Origin: Synergistaceae bacterium
GTDB taxonomy: Bacteria > Synergistota > Synergistia > Synergistales > Synergistaceae
NCBI GenBank assembly: GCA_036652335.1
Contig: JAVVWB010000004.1
Span: forward strand, 1-64,000
Direction: 5' to 3'
Length of the DNA stretch: 64,000 bases
Part shown: positions 48,122-58,337 of the stretch, in pieces
Position numbering within the stretch: the stretch's first letter is position 1
How the letters are laid out: each line of letters begins with the position of its first letter
Program-made: the position numbers and the translations under genes
The notes under the pieces: generated by a model
Told to the model about the DNA's origin: nothing
Databases searched by the model: none
The model's input: the letters and a program-made list of their open reading frames with translations, nothing else

Positions 48122-48943
48122 ATGTTTTCGAAAAAATTTTTATTTAAATTTGTTATAAATTATATAATATTATTTTTTACCATTTGCGTGAGCGCTAGAT
48201 GTGCTTACGCAAATGGTATAGCTGTTGCCTCTCCTTGGATAGGAGAAATCGCCAGGTTTATTGCTAAAGATAAAATCATGGTGAGAAACCTATCACGTTG
48301 GGATAGCAATGGGAATACTGTGACTGCCTCCTATCCGAGGAACAATGAAATTATTATATTATTGAGTACAAAAGATATAAAAAAATATAGAGTTACACAA
48401 AATAAGAATGTAAGAGTGCTTTATGACTTTGCTAATATGGATTATGGAAAAGTTAGAGCTACCTTTTACGATCCCGCTATGTTGCCATTCCTAGCACAAA
48501 AAACGATGGAAATAATTGCAGAAACAGATGTTAAGCGTTATTCGTTTTATCAGAGACGATTAGCGGAATTTCAATCAAGAATAAATAGTACTGTTGATGT
48601 TGGTTCTCATTTACTTTCTGATGTACATATATTAGATCTCACAGTGTCAGAAGGTGCTTGGATACAGGCTTCAGCAAACAAAACAATAAAGCCTCCATTG
48701 AAGTTGTGGAATCACTGGAAAAGTGGGGAAACCGTTTCACTACGGGACACATTGAACGAAATAAGAAGGAGAAAATGGCTTGTAATAATTGATCCATGGA
48801 CGCCAGATGAAATTAAAAATATTGCAAAAACGTATGACAATTGCATTCTTTTGCCATCACCGAAGAATGATGCCGATTTTTTTGCCTATTTATATGATAT
48901 GTTGTTAGCTGTAAATAATAAGAAAAATATTATATGTAAGTGA
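48122..48943 (+). CDS. hypothetical membrane-anchored/secreted protein (N-terminal hydrophobic segment), immediately upstream of lptA
   Basis: ORF with hydrophobic N-terminus MFSKKFLFKFVINYIILFFTICVSA. No recognisable family. Confidence 0.45.
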   Translation: MFSKKFLFKFVINYIILFFTICVSARCAYANGIAVASPWIGEIARFIAKDKIMVRNLSRWDSNGNTVTASYPRNNEIIILLSTKDIKKYRVTQNKNVRVLYDFANMDYGKVRATFYDPAMLPFLAQKTMEIIAETDVKRYSFYQRRLAEFQSRINSTVDVGSHLLSDVHILDLTVSEGAWIQASANKTIKPPLKLWNHWKSGETVSLRDTLNEIRRRKWLVIIDPWTPDEIKNIAKTYDNCILLPSPKNDADFFAYLYDMLLAVNNKKNIICK

Positions 48944-49052
48944 ATAAGATATAAATAAGTTACACTAAATTTGTTTTTTAATGTAGAATATGTCTAGCAC
49001 ATCTCGAAAAGAGTATGTGCTGTTTATCATTTTTGAAACGAGGTTATTTTTA

Positions 49053-49919
49053 ATGATACATAAAAATATTAAGAATGTGATTCTTCTATCGGCATTGATC
49101 TGTTTATCTAGTGCATTGCCTGTATTAGCAGAGCAAGCTAAGATGTTTGCGGACAATATAACTTTTAATACAAAAACAAAACTGGCTCACGCAGTAGGGA
49201 ATGTTGTGATTAAACGTGGTACTGGTACTTTGTGGGGAGAAACTGCGGATGGAGATATAAATAAATCTGAATTTTACCTTAGAGGTAATGTACGGGGTGA
49301 ATTTTTACAGCACAACTCAAAACTTAAGGCACAATCTGTTAAATGGAAAAAGAGCGGTGAAGGAAGCCTTGTAGAAGCATTTGATGGTGTCTATCTAGAG
49401 AGAGAACCATCTGATAAATTAAAAGCTCAATACGTGAAGTGGGAACCTGATACAGAAAACTACTCTGCGAAGGGCAATGTTGATGGAATTGTTTCAAGCA
49501 AGTATGTTTTAGCTGAAGAAGTTGGAAGACAAGAAGAAAAATTCTGGGGAAATAAAGTCAAACGCTATGAAGACCTAATACAGAAAACAGCTTTAGCTGC
49601 AAATAGAGTGGATGGGATTATTAAGAATAATGTTGTTCAATCTATGATAGCACTTGGTTCTGTAAAGCTAGATTCCATTGATAATGCGGGTTTAAAAACA
49701 ATTGTTACTGGCGAAAAATTGGTCTATCAAAAGTCTTTGGGAACGATTGTTGTTACAGGTAACCCTTATGTGACAAGAGATGATGGAAAAAATCTTAAAG
49801 CAGATAAAATAATTGTATACGAACAGACTAAAAATATAGAGACGATCGGAAATTCAACAGTTGTTTTTGATTTGAAAGATAACAAAAAACCTAAAAATAC
49901 AAAAAAGAGTGTTGATTAA
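49053..49919 (+). CDS. lptA: LPS export periplasmic protein, LptA/OstA-like
   Basis: Signal peptide plus OstA-like beta-jellyroll repeats (ADNITFNTKTKLAHAVGNVVIKRG...); adjacent to lptB. Confidence 0.65.
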   Translation: MIHKNIKNVILLSALICLSSALPVLAEQAKMFADNITFNTKTKLAHAVGNVVIKRGTGTLWGETADGDINKSEFYLRGNVRGEFLQHNSKLKAQSVKWKKSGEGSLVEAFDGVYLEREPSDKLKAQYVKWEPDTENYSAKGNVDGIVSSKYVLAEEVGRQEEKFWGNKVKRYEDLIQKTALAANRVDGIIKNNVVQSMIALGSVKLDSIDNAGLKTIVTGEKLVYQKSLGTIVVTGNPYVTRDDGKNLKADKIIVYEQTKNIETIGNSTVVFDLKDNKKPKNTKKSVD

Positions 49920-49921
49920 AG

Positions 49922-50647
49922 ATGTCAGATAAACTTATTGCTGAAAATTTATCAAAGACGTTTGGAAAACGTACTGTTGTAGCGGATGTATCTATTTCCA
50001 TAAACAAAGGTGAAATTGTTGGACTTTTAGGTCCCAATGGAGCCGGCAAAAGCACATCATTTTATATGATTGTAGGAAGAATAATTCCAGACAAGGGTAA
50101 GGTTATAGTAAATGGCAGAGATATATCTATGTTGCCGATGTATGAAAGAGCTAAAAGAGGTATAGGATACCTGCCACAAGAAGCATCTGTTTTTAGAAAT
50201 TTAACAGTAGCTCAGAACCTAGATCTTGTATTAGAAGAAGCTGGTATCTCACGTGAAGACAGAATAGTAAAAATTGAGTCTTTACTAAATGACTATGGGA
50301 TATATCACATAAAGGATACCTTAGGCGTTGCCCTTTCAGGGGGAGAAAGACGCCGCGTAGAAATTGCAAGGTGTTTGGCTCTCGAGCCATCATTTATACT
50401 TCTTGATGAACCTTTTAGTGGAATTGATCCAATTGCAGTTGCAGATTTACAATCAATAATAGAGGATTTAAAGAAGAGGGGTTATGGAATACTACTAACT
50501 GATCATAACGTCCGTGAGACTCTCGCAATAACAGATAGAGCGTATCTTATAAACAATGGTCATGTTTTCTTAGAAGGACTTCCAGAAGAAATAGCAGAAA
50601 GTGAAGAGGCGAAAAAATTCTATTTAGGAGAAGATTTCTCTTGGTAA
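49922..50647 (+). CDS. lptB: LPS export ABC transporter ATP-binding protein
   Basis: GLLGPNGAGKST Walker A, LSGGERRRVEIAR signature and ILLDEPF Walker B; 241 aa. Confidence 0.85.
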   Translation: MSDKLIAENLSKTFGKRTVVADVSISINKGEIVGLLGPNGAGKSTSFYMIVGRIIPDKGKVIVNGRDISMLPMYERAKRGIGYLPQEASVFRNLTVAQNLDLVLEEAGISREDRIVKIESLLNDYGIYHIKDTLGVALSGGERRRVEIARCLALEPSFILLDEPFSGIDPIAVADLQSIIEDLKKRGYGILLTDHNVRETLAITDRAYLINNGHVFLEGLPEEIAESEEAKKFYLGEDFSW

Positions 50648-50659
50648 TGGATTTATATA

Positions 50660-52210
50660 ATGAATAAAAATGATCGTAATATGTCAAGTATGGTTGCTCA
50701 TGCGCTAAGAATGATGTTTGGTACTTTTGCCAGCAGAATATTAGGCTTAGTACGTGAAATGTTAACTGCAGCGTTTTTTGGAGCGACACGTCAGCTTGAT
50801 GCTTTCTATATTGCTTATACATTAGCAAATTTATCTAGACAATTATTGGCTGAAGGTGCTCTTTCAGCCTCTTTTGTACCTGTTTTTTCTAGAACACTCG
50901 AAAAGAATGGCAAGGATCAAGCAAGAGACCTTGCTCAGCAGTCGCTTTTTGTCTTGTTATGTGGTGGAATATTTGTTGTCATTTTGGGAGTAATATTTGC
51001 TCCTTTATTTGTCGGTATAATGGCTCCAGGATTTGACTTTTCTGATAGAATTTTGGCGGTATCACTTACCCGCGCGATGTTCCCATTTTTAATCTTTATC
51101 TCTGTAGCTGCATTAGCAATGGGTATATTAAATAGTAATGGGAGTTTCTTTATTCCTGCTATTGCTCCTGCGTTGAGTAATTTTGTTTATATTACATATA
51201 TAATCCTTACTTCAAAACGTCTTTCAGTTTGGAACTTAGTTGTAGCTGTATTGCTTGGCGGTTTATCACAGATGTTACTACAATGGTATTATTGCAAGAA
51301 AATAGAAATTCCTCTTTATCCCAAATTACCACAAAAGGGCAATGAAGATTTAAGAAGTATGATGGGTCTTTTCTTACCTTATGCTGCTGGTCTTTCTTTA
51401 AATCAGGTAAATCCGATAATAAGCAGAATGTTGGGATCATTTTTACAAGGTGGTTCTATCTCTGTCTTAAATTATGCTGATAGAGTGTTACAGTTACCGT
51501 TGGGGTTATTCGTAATTGCTTTGTCACAAGCTGTTTTGCCAATGTTATCTAAGCAGAGCAATGACGATACTGCATCATTTAGAGATTTTATACGTGATGC
51601 ACTTAGACTTAATCTCTTTGTAGTTTTCCCAGTTGCAATATGGTTATCGGTGCTTTCGACTGAGGTTATTCATCTTCTATTTTATAGAGGTGCATTTAAT
51701 ATGTGGGCGTGGCATGCGACTTCGACAGCCCTATCGTTATATAGCTTGGGTCTTCCAGGAATGGCAACAGGTACATTGTTGCTTAGAGCAATGTATGCAA
51801 GAAGAATGCCCAAGTCTGCTGTTTCCGTTACAGTTGTTACGGTGACTGTAAATTTATTTGCTAGCTTACTACTAATGCATTACTTTAAATATGCTGGATT
51901 AGCAACTGCGACAGCGGTAGCATTTACCTCTGCTAGTATTTTTGGAGCTTACTCTTTATCCAAAAATCTAAATGAAAAGTTGTGCGTATTTGAAAGAATG
52001 TGGGTAACTAAACTCCTTGTCTCTGTTTCTATTATGTTGTTATCTGTCCTTGTCTGTAAATATGTTTATCCATATCCAGACCAAAGCAGTTTAACGTCTA
52101 GGGTTCTATGGATAATACTGTTAATGTTTATAGGCGCTTTCTCCTATGCTACTTCTACTCTTCTTCTTAAATGTGGAGAGTGGCAGTGGGTTAGGAATGC
52201 ATTAAAGTAG
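50660..52210 (+). CDS. murJ: lipid II flippase MurJ (MviN)
   Basis: 14-TM MOP-family protein with the typical MurJ N-terminus ...RILGLVREMLTAAFFGAT... Confidence 0.85.
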   Translation: MNKNDRNMSSMVAHALRMMFGTFASRILGLVREMLTAAFFGATRQLDAFYIAYTLANLSRQLLAEGALSASFVPVFSRTLEKNGKDQARDLAQQSLFVLLCGGIFVVILGVIFAPLFVGIMAPGFDFSDRILAVSLTRAMFPFLIFISVAALAMGILNSNGSFFIPAIAPALSNFVYITYIILTSKRLSVWNLVVAVLLGGLSQMLLQWYYCKKIEIPLYPKLPQKGNEDLRSMMGLFLPYAAGLSLNQVNPIISRMLGSFLQGGSISVLNYADRVLQLPLGLFVIALSQAVLPMLSKQSNDDTASFRDFIRDALRLNLFVVFPVAIWLSVLSTEVIHLLFYRGAFNMWAWHATSTALSLYSLGLPGMATGTLLLRAMYARRMPKSAVSVTVVTVTVNLFASLLLMHYFKYAGLATATAVAFTSASIFGAYSLSKNLNEKLCVFERMWVTKLLVSVSIMLLSVLVCKYVYPYPDQSSLTSRVLWIILLMFIGAFSYATSTLLLKCGEWQWVRNALK

Positions 52211-52216
52211 CACAAA

Positions 52217-52783
52217 TTGATTTATAGAGGAGAAGTCACAGTGAATAAGATGATACGCTTTGTTGCTTTAGCTTTTATAATTGTTGTGTTGATTCAGACA
52301 CAAGCTATAGCCAAAATGTCTGATGGTCTTGCTGCCTTACTAAATGAAAGACAAACTAACATTTGGGTAGAGGGGGAGTTCTTAGGTGATTTTATATTGG
52401 GATCAAGAGGACGAATCGAGTTTATATATTTGGATGAAAAGTTATCAAGAGCAATTGCAGAAGAACATACTCTTGCTCAATGGGTAGATGAACTGAATCA
52501 ATATTTTGGATCCCCAGCAACAGAGAAGAAAGCTCTATTCCTAGTTCAGTTAGAGGTAAATAAACCGTGGAGTTTTAATGTATCTGATTTAGTTATTGGA
52601 GATTATAAACCTAAAAAAGAAGATATAATTTCGCTAAGTTGGAGAAATCCAGACGAAACTCTGCAGAGTGAGACTAAATGGCAGTTTGCTTTTGTTGTTC
52701 CAGAATCAATAGTATATAAGAATAAATCAATTAAATTAGGATATAAAGAAGATGTTACAGAATGGAAAATACCCCAAAAATAA
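52217..52783 (+). CDS. hypothetical secreted protein
   Basis: Signal-peptide-like MIRFVALAFIIVVLIQTQAIA; start uncertain (52217, 52241 or 52250); no family recognised. Confidence 0.45.
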   Translation: MIYRGEVTVNKMIRFVALAFIIVVLIQTQAIAKMSDGLAALLNERQTNIWVEGEFLGDFILGSRGRIEFIYLDEKLSRAIAEEHTLAQWVDELNQYFGSPATEKKALFLVQLEVNKPWSFNVSDLVIGDYKPKKEDIISLSWRNPDETLQSETKWQFAFVVPESIVYKNKSIKLGYKEDVTEWKIPQK

Positions 52784-52959
52784 TGCATATGTATAAGTGT
52801 GCGACTTGTCTTAAATCATTTGATAGTGATTTATTTGAAGAAAAATGTCCTTATTGCAGAGGAAAAGTCTTGATTCATTTGGATGGCGAACGTAAAAAAT
52901 CTAGTTGTTCTGGCTGTTCCGGAAATTGTTCCTGTTGCAGTTCATCGTGTGGTCATTAG
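52762..52959 (+). CDS. small zinc-ribbon protein (FmdB-like CxxC...CxxC) with Cys/Ser-rich C-terminal tail
   Basis: YKCATCLKSF...CPYCRG zinc ribbon followed by SSCSGCSGNCSCCSSSCGH. The true start is probably M8 or M10 (52783 or 52789). Confidence 0.45.
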   Translation: MENTPKIMHMYKCATCLKSFDSDLFEEKCPYCRGKVLIHLDGERKKSSCSGCSGNCSCCSSSCGH

Positions 52960-52980
52960 ATTTACTGGAGGTATTTTATA

Positions 52981-54003
52981 TTGGATGAAAAGTTTATAAC
53001 CTTAGCAATAGAATCTAGTTGTGATGATACTGGAATAGCAATTTTAAATGGACAATATGATTTATTAAATTCAAAGCTTGCAAGTCAAATTGCATCTCAC
53101 TCTCAATATGGAGGGGTCGTCCCCGAACTAGCTTCTCGTATGCATCAAGAAGCAATATTGCCTTTACTCGATGAAGTGCTAAAGTCTGCTGGTATTACTG
53201 ACCCGAAATCACAAATTGATTTAATAGCAGTAACTTCTGGTCCTGGATTGATGGGTTCTTTACTTGTAGGTGTAATGGCCGCTAAAGGTCTTGCGCAAGC
53301 TTTGGAAAAACCTATTATTGGAGTTAATCATTTAGAGGGGCACATATTTGCCAATATACTTTCTAATAGAAATTTATGCCCACCATTTCTTTCTGTTGTT
53401 GTCTCTGGGGGGCATACAGAGGTCATATTGGTTAAGCAACTTGGTGAATATAAGCTTATTGGTTCCACAAGAGATGATGCTTTAGGAGAGGCATATGATA
53501 AAGTGTCTAAGGTTTTAGGCTTGGGGTACCCTGGAGGTCCTATTATTGATAAATTAGCTGTGGAGGGCAGTATTGACTCCTTTACTTTTCCTACACCTTT
53601 GTCAAATACCAATAAAGTAGAGTTTAGTTTTAGTGGACTTAAAACTGCTGTCATGAATGCAGTGCAAAAAAAGAATAAATTATCAGAGCCATTTAATAAT
53701 TGTGATCTATGTGCATCATTTCAAAAAGCAGCAATTAACTCCTTAATTTGTAAAATACAGCTTGCAATGGTGCAGACACAAGTTACTTCATTGACGTTGT
53801 CTGGTGGAGTCGCAGCAAATTCTGCATTAAGAAAAGAACTTACTTTGTTATCAGAAAAGCTTAATTGGAATTTATTTTTACCTCCTAAAGATATGTGTAC
53901 CGATAATGCTGCTATGATTGCTGCTGCAGGCTATTGCGCTTATAAAAGAGGAATACGGAGCGATTTATCTCTATCACCCAATCCTTCTTGGGAGATATGG
54001 TAG
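52981..54003 (+). CDS. tsaD: tRNA N6-adenosine threonylcarbamoyltransferase TsaD
   Basis: LAIESSCDDTGIAIL and metal-binding His motifs; TTG start 10 nt after GGAGG. Confidence 0.9.
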   Translation: MDEKFITLAIESSCDDTGIAILNGQYDLLNSKLASQIASHSQYGGVVPELASRMHQEAILPLLDEVLKSAGITDPKSQIDLIAVTSGPGLMGSLLVGVMAAKGLAQALEKPIIGVNHLEGHIFANILSNRNLCPPFLSVVVSGGHTEVILVKQLGEYKLIGSTRDDALGEAYDKVSKVLGLGYPGGPIIDKLAVEGSIDSFTFPTPLSNTNKVEFSFSGLKTAVMNAVQKKNKLSEPFNNCDLCASFQKAAINSLICKIQLAMVQTQVTSLTLSGGVAANSALRKELTLLSEKLNWNLFLPPKDMCTDNAAMIAAAGYCAYKRGIRSDLSLSPNPSWEIW

Positions 54004-54027
54004 AGCATATTATATGAGGTGATATAG

Positions 54028-54939
54028 ATGATAAAAATTGAGTCATTACCTATAGTAAAGTTAATCGGCAATACGCCGTTATATAAGATGTCATTTAAAG
54101 ATTGTGCAGAGATTTGGATAAAATTAGAGGGTACTAATCCAGGTGGATCAATAAAGGACAGAGCTGTCTTTGGAATGTTGCAAAAAGCAGAAAAAGAAGG
54201 TTTGTTGACACCTAAAACAATATTAGTAGAACCGACAAGTGGTAATACAGGGATTGGATTAGCTCTGCTTGGTAGAGCCATAGGACTAAGAGTTATTTTA
54301 ACTATGCCAGATTCTATGTCCATAGAGAGAAGAGCAGTCCTAAAAGCTTTTGGTGCTGAATTAATACTTACACCTGCAAAAGATGGGATGTCAGGTTCAA
54401 TTGCTGAAGCAGAAAAAATTCTCTTGCTTGATAAAAACGCTTTGATGCTTAACCAGTTTAAAAATAAAGGTAACGCTTTTGCTCATGAAACTACTACTGG
54501 TCCTGAAATTATAAGAGATTTACCTAAAGATAGATCTTTAGCTGCTTTTGTATCATCCTTTGGTACAGGTGGAACTTTGTCTGGTATTGCTAAATCTCTA
54601 AAGTCTATTTATCCTAATACAAAAGTATATGGTGTAGAACCTAAGTCTAGCCCCTTACTTACAGAAGGGTATACAGGTAGTCATAAGATTCAAGGAATTG
54701 GCGCTAATTTTATTCCAGAGAATCTTGATGTTTCGCTAGTGGATAAATTTGTAAGTGTATCTGATGAAGATGCTTTGGAGATGACTAAAAAACTTGCCTC
54801 AGAACATGGTCTTTTTAGTGGAATATCAACAGGTGCAAATGTTTTTGCAGCTCTTGAAATTGCGAAAACACTTCCTAAAGATAATATTGTCGTTACTGTT
54901 CAACCAGATAGAGGAGATAAATATCTAAGTATATTTTAA
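54028..54939 (+). CDS. cysK: cysteine synthase A (O-acetylserine sulfhydrylase)
   Basis: GSIKDRA PLP-lysine motif and GTGGT motif; a terminator follows at about 54943-54980. Confidence 0.9.
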   Translation: MIKIESLPIVKLIGNTPLYKMSFKDCAEIWIKLEGTNPGGSIKDRAVFGMLQKAEKEGLLTPKTILVEPTSGNTGIGLALLGRAIGLRVILTMPDSMSIERRAVLKAFGAELILTPAKDGMSGSIAEAEKILLLDKNALMLNQFKNKGNAFAHETTTGPEIIRDLPKDRSLAAFVSSFGTGGTLSGIAKSLKSIYPNTKVYGVEPKSSPLLTEGYTGSHKIQGIGANFIPENLDVSLVDKFVSVSDEDALEMTKKLASEHGLFSGISTGANVFAALEIAKTLPKDNIVVTVQPDRGDKYLSIF

Positions 54940-54975
54940 TAAAAAAGATGGTCGAGAAAATCTCGACCATCTTTT

Positions 54976-55494
54976 TTATTTATATGATGATTCCGGTGCG
55001 GCAGGAAGTGTTGTAAGTTTATTTCTGCTATTTATAACTTTCTGTGATTCTGCATCGGTCCATTTAGTAATTTTTTCTGTAAGAGCATCATCATTAATGG
55101 ATAATATCCGAGCTGCAAGAATGCAGGCATTTTTTGCTCCGTTTAACCCCATTGATGCTACAGGTACTCCAGGGGGCATTTGTGCTACAGAGAGAAGCGC
55201 ATCAAGTCCATCAAGTGCGCCACCTTTAACAGGAACACCAATTACTGGAAGTGTAGTTGATGCGGCAACGACTCCAGGAAGAGCAGCAGAAAGTCCAGCG
55301 ACAGCAATTATGACTTTAATTCCTCTGTTTTTTGCATTTCTTGAATAATGCTCAACATCTGAAGGGGTTCTGTGTGCAGAAGCTATAGCAACCTCATATT
55401 CAATCCCAATTTCTTCTAAGACACCTACTCCTTTTTCTACAATAGGAATATCTGATGCGGAGCCCATTATTATCCCAATCTTCGGATTAGACAT
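54976..55494 (-). CDS. purE: N5-carboxyaminoimidazole ribonucleotide mutase
   Basis: PKIGIIMGSASD. Confidence 0.9.
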   Translation of the reverse strand: MSNPKIGIIMGSASDIPIVEKGVGVLEEIGIEYEVAIASAHRTPSDVEHYSRNAKNRGIKVIIAVAGLSAALPGVVAASTTLPVIGVPVKGGALDGLDALLSVAQMPPGVPVASMGLNGAKNACILAARILSINDDALTEKITKWTDAESQKVINSRNKLTTLPAAPESSYK

Positions 55495-56771
55495 TAGTTG
55501 TCCTCCTTTAAAGATTTGTCACCGATGTCATTTCGGAAATGCATATCTTTAAATGTGATTGTTTTTACCCGTTTGTATGCCAGTTGTTTTGCTTCTTTCA
55601 GGGTATTTGCTAATGCTACAACAGTAAGAACTCGTCCTCCTGATGTCACAATTTCTCCGTTCACATTCTTAGCAGTTCCAGCATGATAAATAAAAGTGTT
55701 TTCTATGTGTGAGTTTAAACCTGAAATTTCGTATCCTTTTTCAAACTTATCAGGGTACCCACCAGAAGCTATAACTACACCAAGAGCTGTTTGTATCGGT
55801 TCTGGCCATGCTACTGATGATAATTCTCCCTTTGCGCAAGCAAGTATAACTTCACCAAAGTCACCATTATAGACAGGTAAGACAACTTGTGTTTCAGGGT
55901 CACCTAAGCGCACATTATATTCTAAAACTGATAAGGAGCCATCTTCTTTTACCATTATTCCAGCATAAATTACGCCGCAAAACGGAATGCCATCTTCTTT
56001 TAAGCCGTTAACAGTGGGGTCTAATACTTCTTTTGTAACCTTTTGCATAAAGGGTTCATCAACCCATGGTACAGGTGAATATGCCCCCATTCCACCAGTG
56101 TTATTCCCTTTGTCACCGTCATATACACGTTTATGATCTTGACTTGAAGGTAACACACGTACCACGTGACCGTCTGTTATTGCGAGTACTGTCATTTCTA
56201 TTCCAGGTACAAAATCTTCAATTACAACTATGCTCCCTGCGTCGCCTAATGTATTGGATTCAAGCATCATTTCACAGGTTTCAAGTGCCTCTTCAAAAGT
56301 GTCTAATAAAAAGGCGCCCTTTCCAGCTGCGAGTCCATCAGCCTTTACAACGTAAGGTGCAGTGCGTTTGTTTAGTGCAACCTTACAGCTCTCAATGTCT
56401 GTGCAACAGTCAAAAGAAGAAGTAGGAATGTTATGTCTTTTCATAAATTCCTTTGAAAAAGCTTTACTTCCTTCTAGTCTTGCACCAGATTTTCCTGGTC
56501 CCATGACAAGAACGCCGTTTTCCCTTAATGTGTCAGCTGTTCCTGCAACGAGTGGTGCTTCTGGTCCAACAAAAACAACTCCAATTTTTTCATTAAGGCA
56601 CAAATCTAGCATTGCTTGAGGATCACATGGATTACCAGAATGACATATGGCAAGTTCAGCAATTCCTGGATTTCCAGGACAACAATGGAGACCGTCTACT
56701 ATTTTGGACTGAGAAAGCTTGTGTATTACTGCGTGCTCTCTTCCGCCACTACCGAGAACAAGAAAATTCAT
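55494..56771 (-). CDS. purD: phosphoribosylamine-glycine ligase
   Basis: MNFLVLGSGGREHA and ATP-grasp motifs. Confidence 0.9.
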   Translation of the reverse strand: MNFLVLGSGGREHAVIHKLSQSKIVDGLHCCPGNPGIAELAICHSGNPCDPQAMLDLCLNEKIGVVFVGPEAPLVAGTADTLRENGVLVMGPGKSGARLEGSKAFSKEFMKRHNIPTSSFDCCTDIESCKVALNKRTAPYVVKADGLAAGKGAFLLDTFEEALETCEMMLESNTLGDAGSIVVIEDFVPGIEMTVLAITDGHVVRVLPSSQDHKRVYDGDKGNNTGGMGAYSPVPWVDEPFMQKVTKEVLDPTVNGLKEDGIPFCGVIYAGIMVKEDGSLSVLEYNVRLGDPETQVVLPVYNGDFGEVILACAKGELSSVAWPEPIQTALGVVIASGGYPDKFEKGYEISGLNSHIENTFIYHAGTAKNVNGEIVTSGGRVLTVVALANTLKEAKQLAYKRVKTITFKDMHFRNDIGDKSLKEDN

Positions 56772-56783
56772 AATTTCTCCTCC

Positions 56784-58313
56784 TTAGTGTCTAAAGGTAC
56801 GGCTCCCGCCGACAAACATACTTATACCTAGTTCTTCTGTTCTATCAAAAACTAATTGGTCTTTGATGGAGCCACCAGGTTGTATTACGACTTCTATGCC
56901 ATGTTCTGCTGCTAATTCTATTGTGTCTGGGAATGGAAAGAAAGCGTCGGATGCAAGGACAGCACCTTTGGCTTTATCTCCAGCAAGATTCATTGCGTAT
57001 CTTGCTGCATCAATTCTGTTTGTAAATCCGCCACCGATACCAACAGCAGCTCCGTCTTTTACAAGTACAATGGAGTTGCTTTTTGTTATTGCAGCAGTTT
57101 TCCATGCAAAAATAAGATCATCCCATTTATCATTTCTTGGATTACCAACCCACTTCCCTTTTTCTATTTCGGGAAGAGAGGGAAGTTTGTCTTCTTGAAC
57201 AAGGAAACCACAACGGTTTGCTGTAATTTGAAGCTTCGGAGCATATCCAGGTGTTATAGTAAGGACACGAAGATTTGGTTTTTTTTCTTTAAAGTATTCA
57301 ATGACATCGTCATCAAATGATGGTGCAGCAACAATTTCAAAGAATGTCTCTGTTATTGTTTTTGCTGTTTCTATGTCCACTTTACGTGTAAATCCAATTA
57401 TTCCGCCAAAAGCAGAAATTGGGTCGCATTCAAGTGCTTTACGAAATGCGTGTAAAGTTGTGTCTGCGTGTGCAGTGCCACATGGCGTTGTATGTTTTAC
57501 AATTGTGCAAGCACAGAGGTCTTGGAATACAGAACATCCTCTTAGTAGGGTATCAAGGTCAAGCAAATTATTATATGAAAGTTCCTTGCCGGAATGTTGT
57601 TCAAATGGTTGCTTTTCAAGTGGTGGTAAATAAAGAGCAGCATTCTGATGTGGATTTTCACCATATCTTAGTTCTTGAATTTTACGAAGAGGTAATACCT
57701 TTACTTCTTCATTTGGAAGTTCTTCTTTTCCTGTTTCTGAACAAAGCCCCTTGTATATTGTGGAGTCATATTGTGATGTAAGTTGGAATGCTTTGAGAGC
57801 CAATTCCTGCTTAAACTCAAGAGTTAGTTCTTGTTTTTTAACAAGTTCTTCTATTAGTCTTGGATAATCTGCGATGTCTGTTACTACTGCCACGTGATAA
57901 TAGTTTTTGGCTCCTGCTCTTATTAATGAGACTCCACCTATGTCTATTTTTTCTATTAGTTGATCTAAGTCGGCACCGCTTTTTGCTGTTTCTTCAAAAG
58001 GATATAATGTGCAAACAACAATATCTATGAGTGGAATGTTGAAATTTTTTCTGTCTTCGTCATCCTGTGCAAGTCCTCTGCGTGCAAGGATTCCTCCCAT
58101 GATTACAGGGTGTAAAGTTTTTACCCTGCCACCAAGTATTGCAGGTAGACCTGTTATGTCTACTACTTCTGTTACTTTTATGCCGCCGTCTTCCAAATAT
58201 TTTGCAGTGCCAGAACTAGATACTATTTCATATCCTTGTTCAACAAGACCTTTTGCTAGTTCTAGGACGCCTGTTTTATCCCAAACAGAAATTAGAGCTT
58301 TTCTTGATTCCAT
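56784..58313 (-). CDS. purH: bifunctional AICAR transformylase / IMP cyclohydrolase
   Basis: ALISVWDKTG MGS-like domain plus AICARFT domain. Confidence 0.9.
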   Translation of the reverse strand: MESRKALISVWDKTGVLELAKGLVEQGYEIVSSSGTAKYLEDGGIKVTEVVDITGLPAILGGRVKTLHPVIMGGILARRGLAQDDEDRKNFNIPLIDIVVCTLYPFEETAKSGADLDQLIEKIDIGGVSLIRAGAKNYYHVAVVTDIADYPRLIEELVKKQELTLEFKQELALKAFQLTSQYDSTIYKGLCSETGKEELPNEEVKVLPLRKIQELRYGENPHQNAALYLPPLEKQPFEQHSGKELSYNNLLDLDTLLRGCSVFQDLCACTIVKHTTPCGTAHADTTLHAFRKALECDPISAFGGIIGFTRKVDIETAKTITETFFEIVAAPSFDDDVIEYFKEKKPNLRVLTITPGYAPKLQITANRCGFLVQEDKLPSLPEIEKGKWVGNPRNDKWDDLIFAWKTAAITKSNSIVLVKDGAAVGIGGGFTNRIDAARYAMNLAGDKAKGAVLASDAFFPFPDTIELAAEHGIEVVIQPGGSIKDQLVFDRTEELGISMFVGGSRTFRH

Positions 58314-58337
58314 GGTAAAGACCTCCATATTTTGTAA

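Noticed and set aside
53328-54323. Minus-strand ORFs 53328-53654 and 53940-54323
   Set aside because: Antisense to tsaD and cysK; no Shine-Dalgarno.
56066-57781. Several 100-120-aa plus-strand ORFs inside purD and purH
   Set aside because: Antisense shadows in the moderately GC-richer pur operon.
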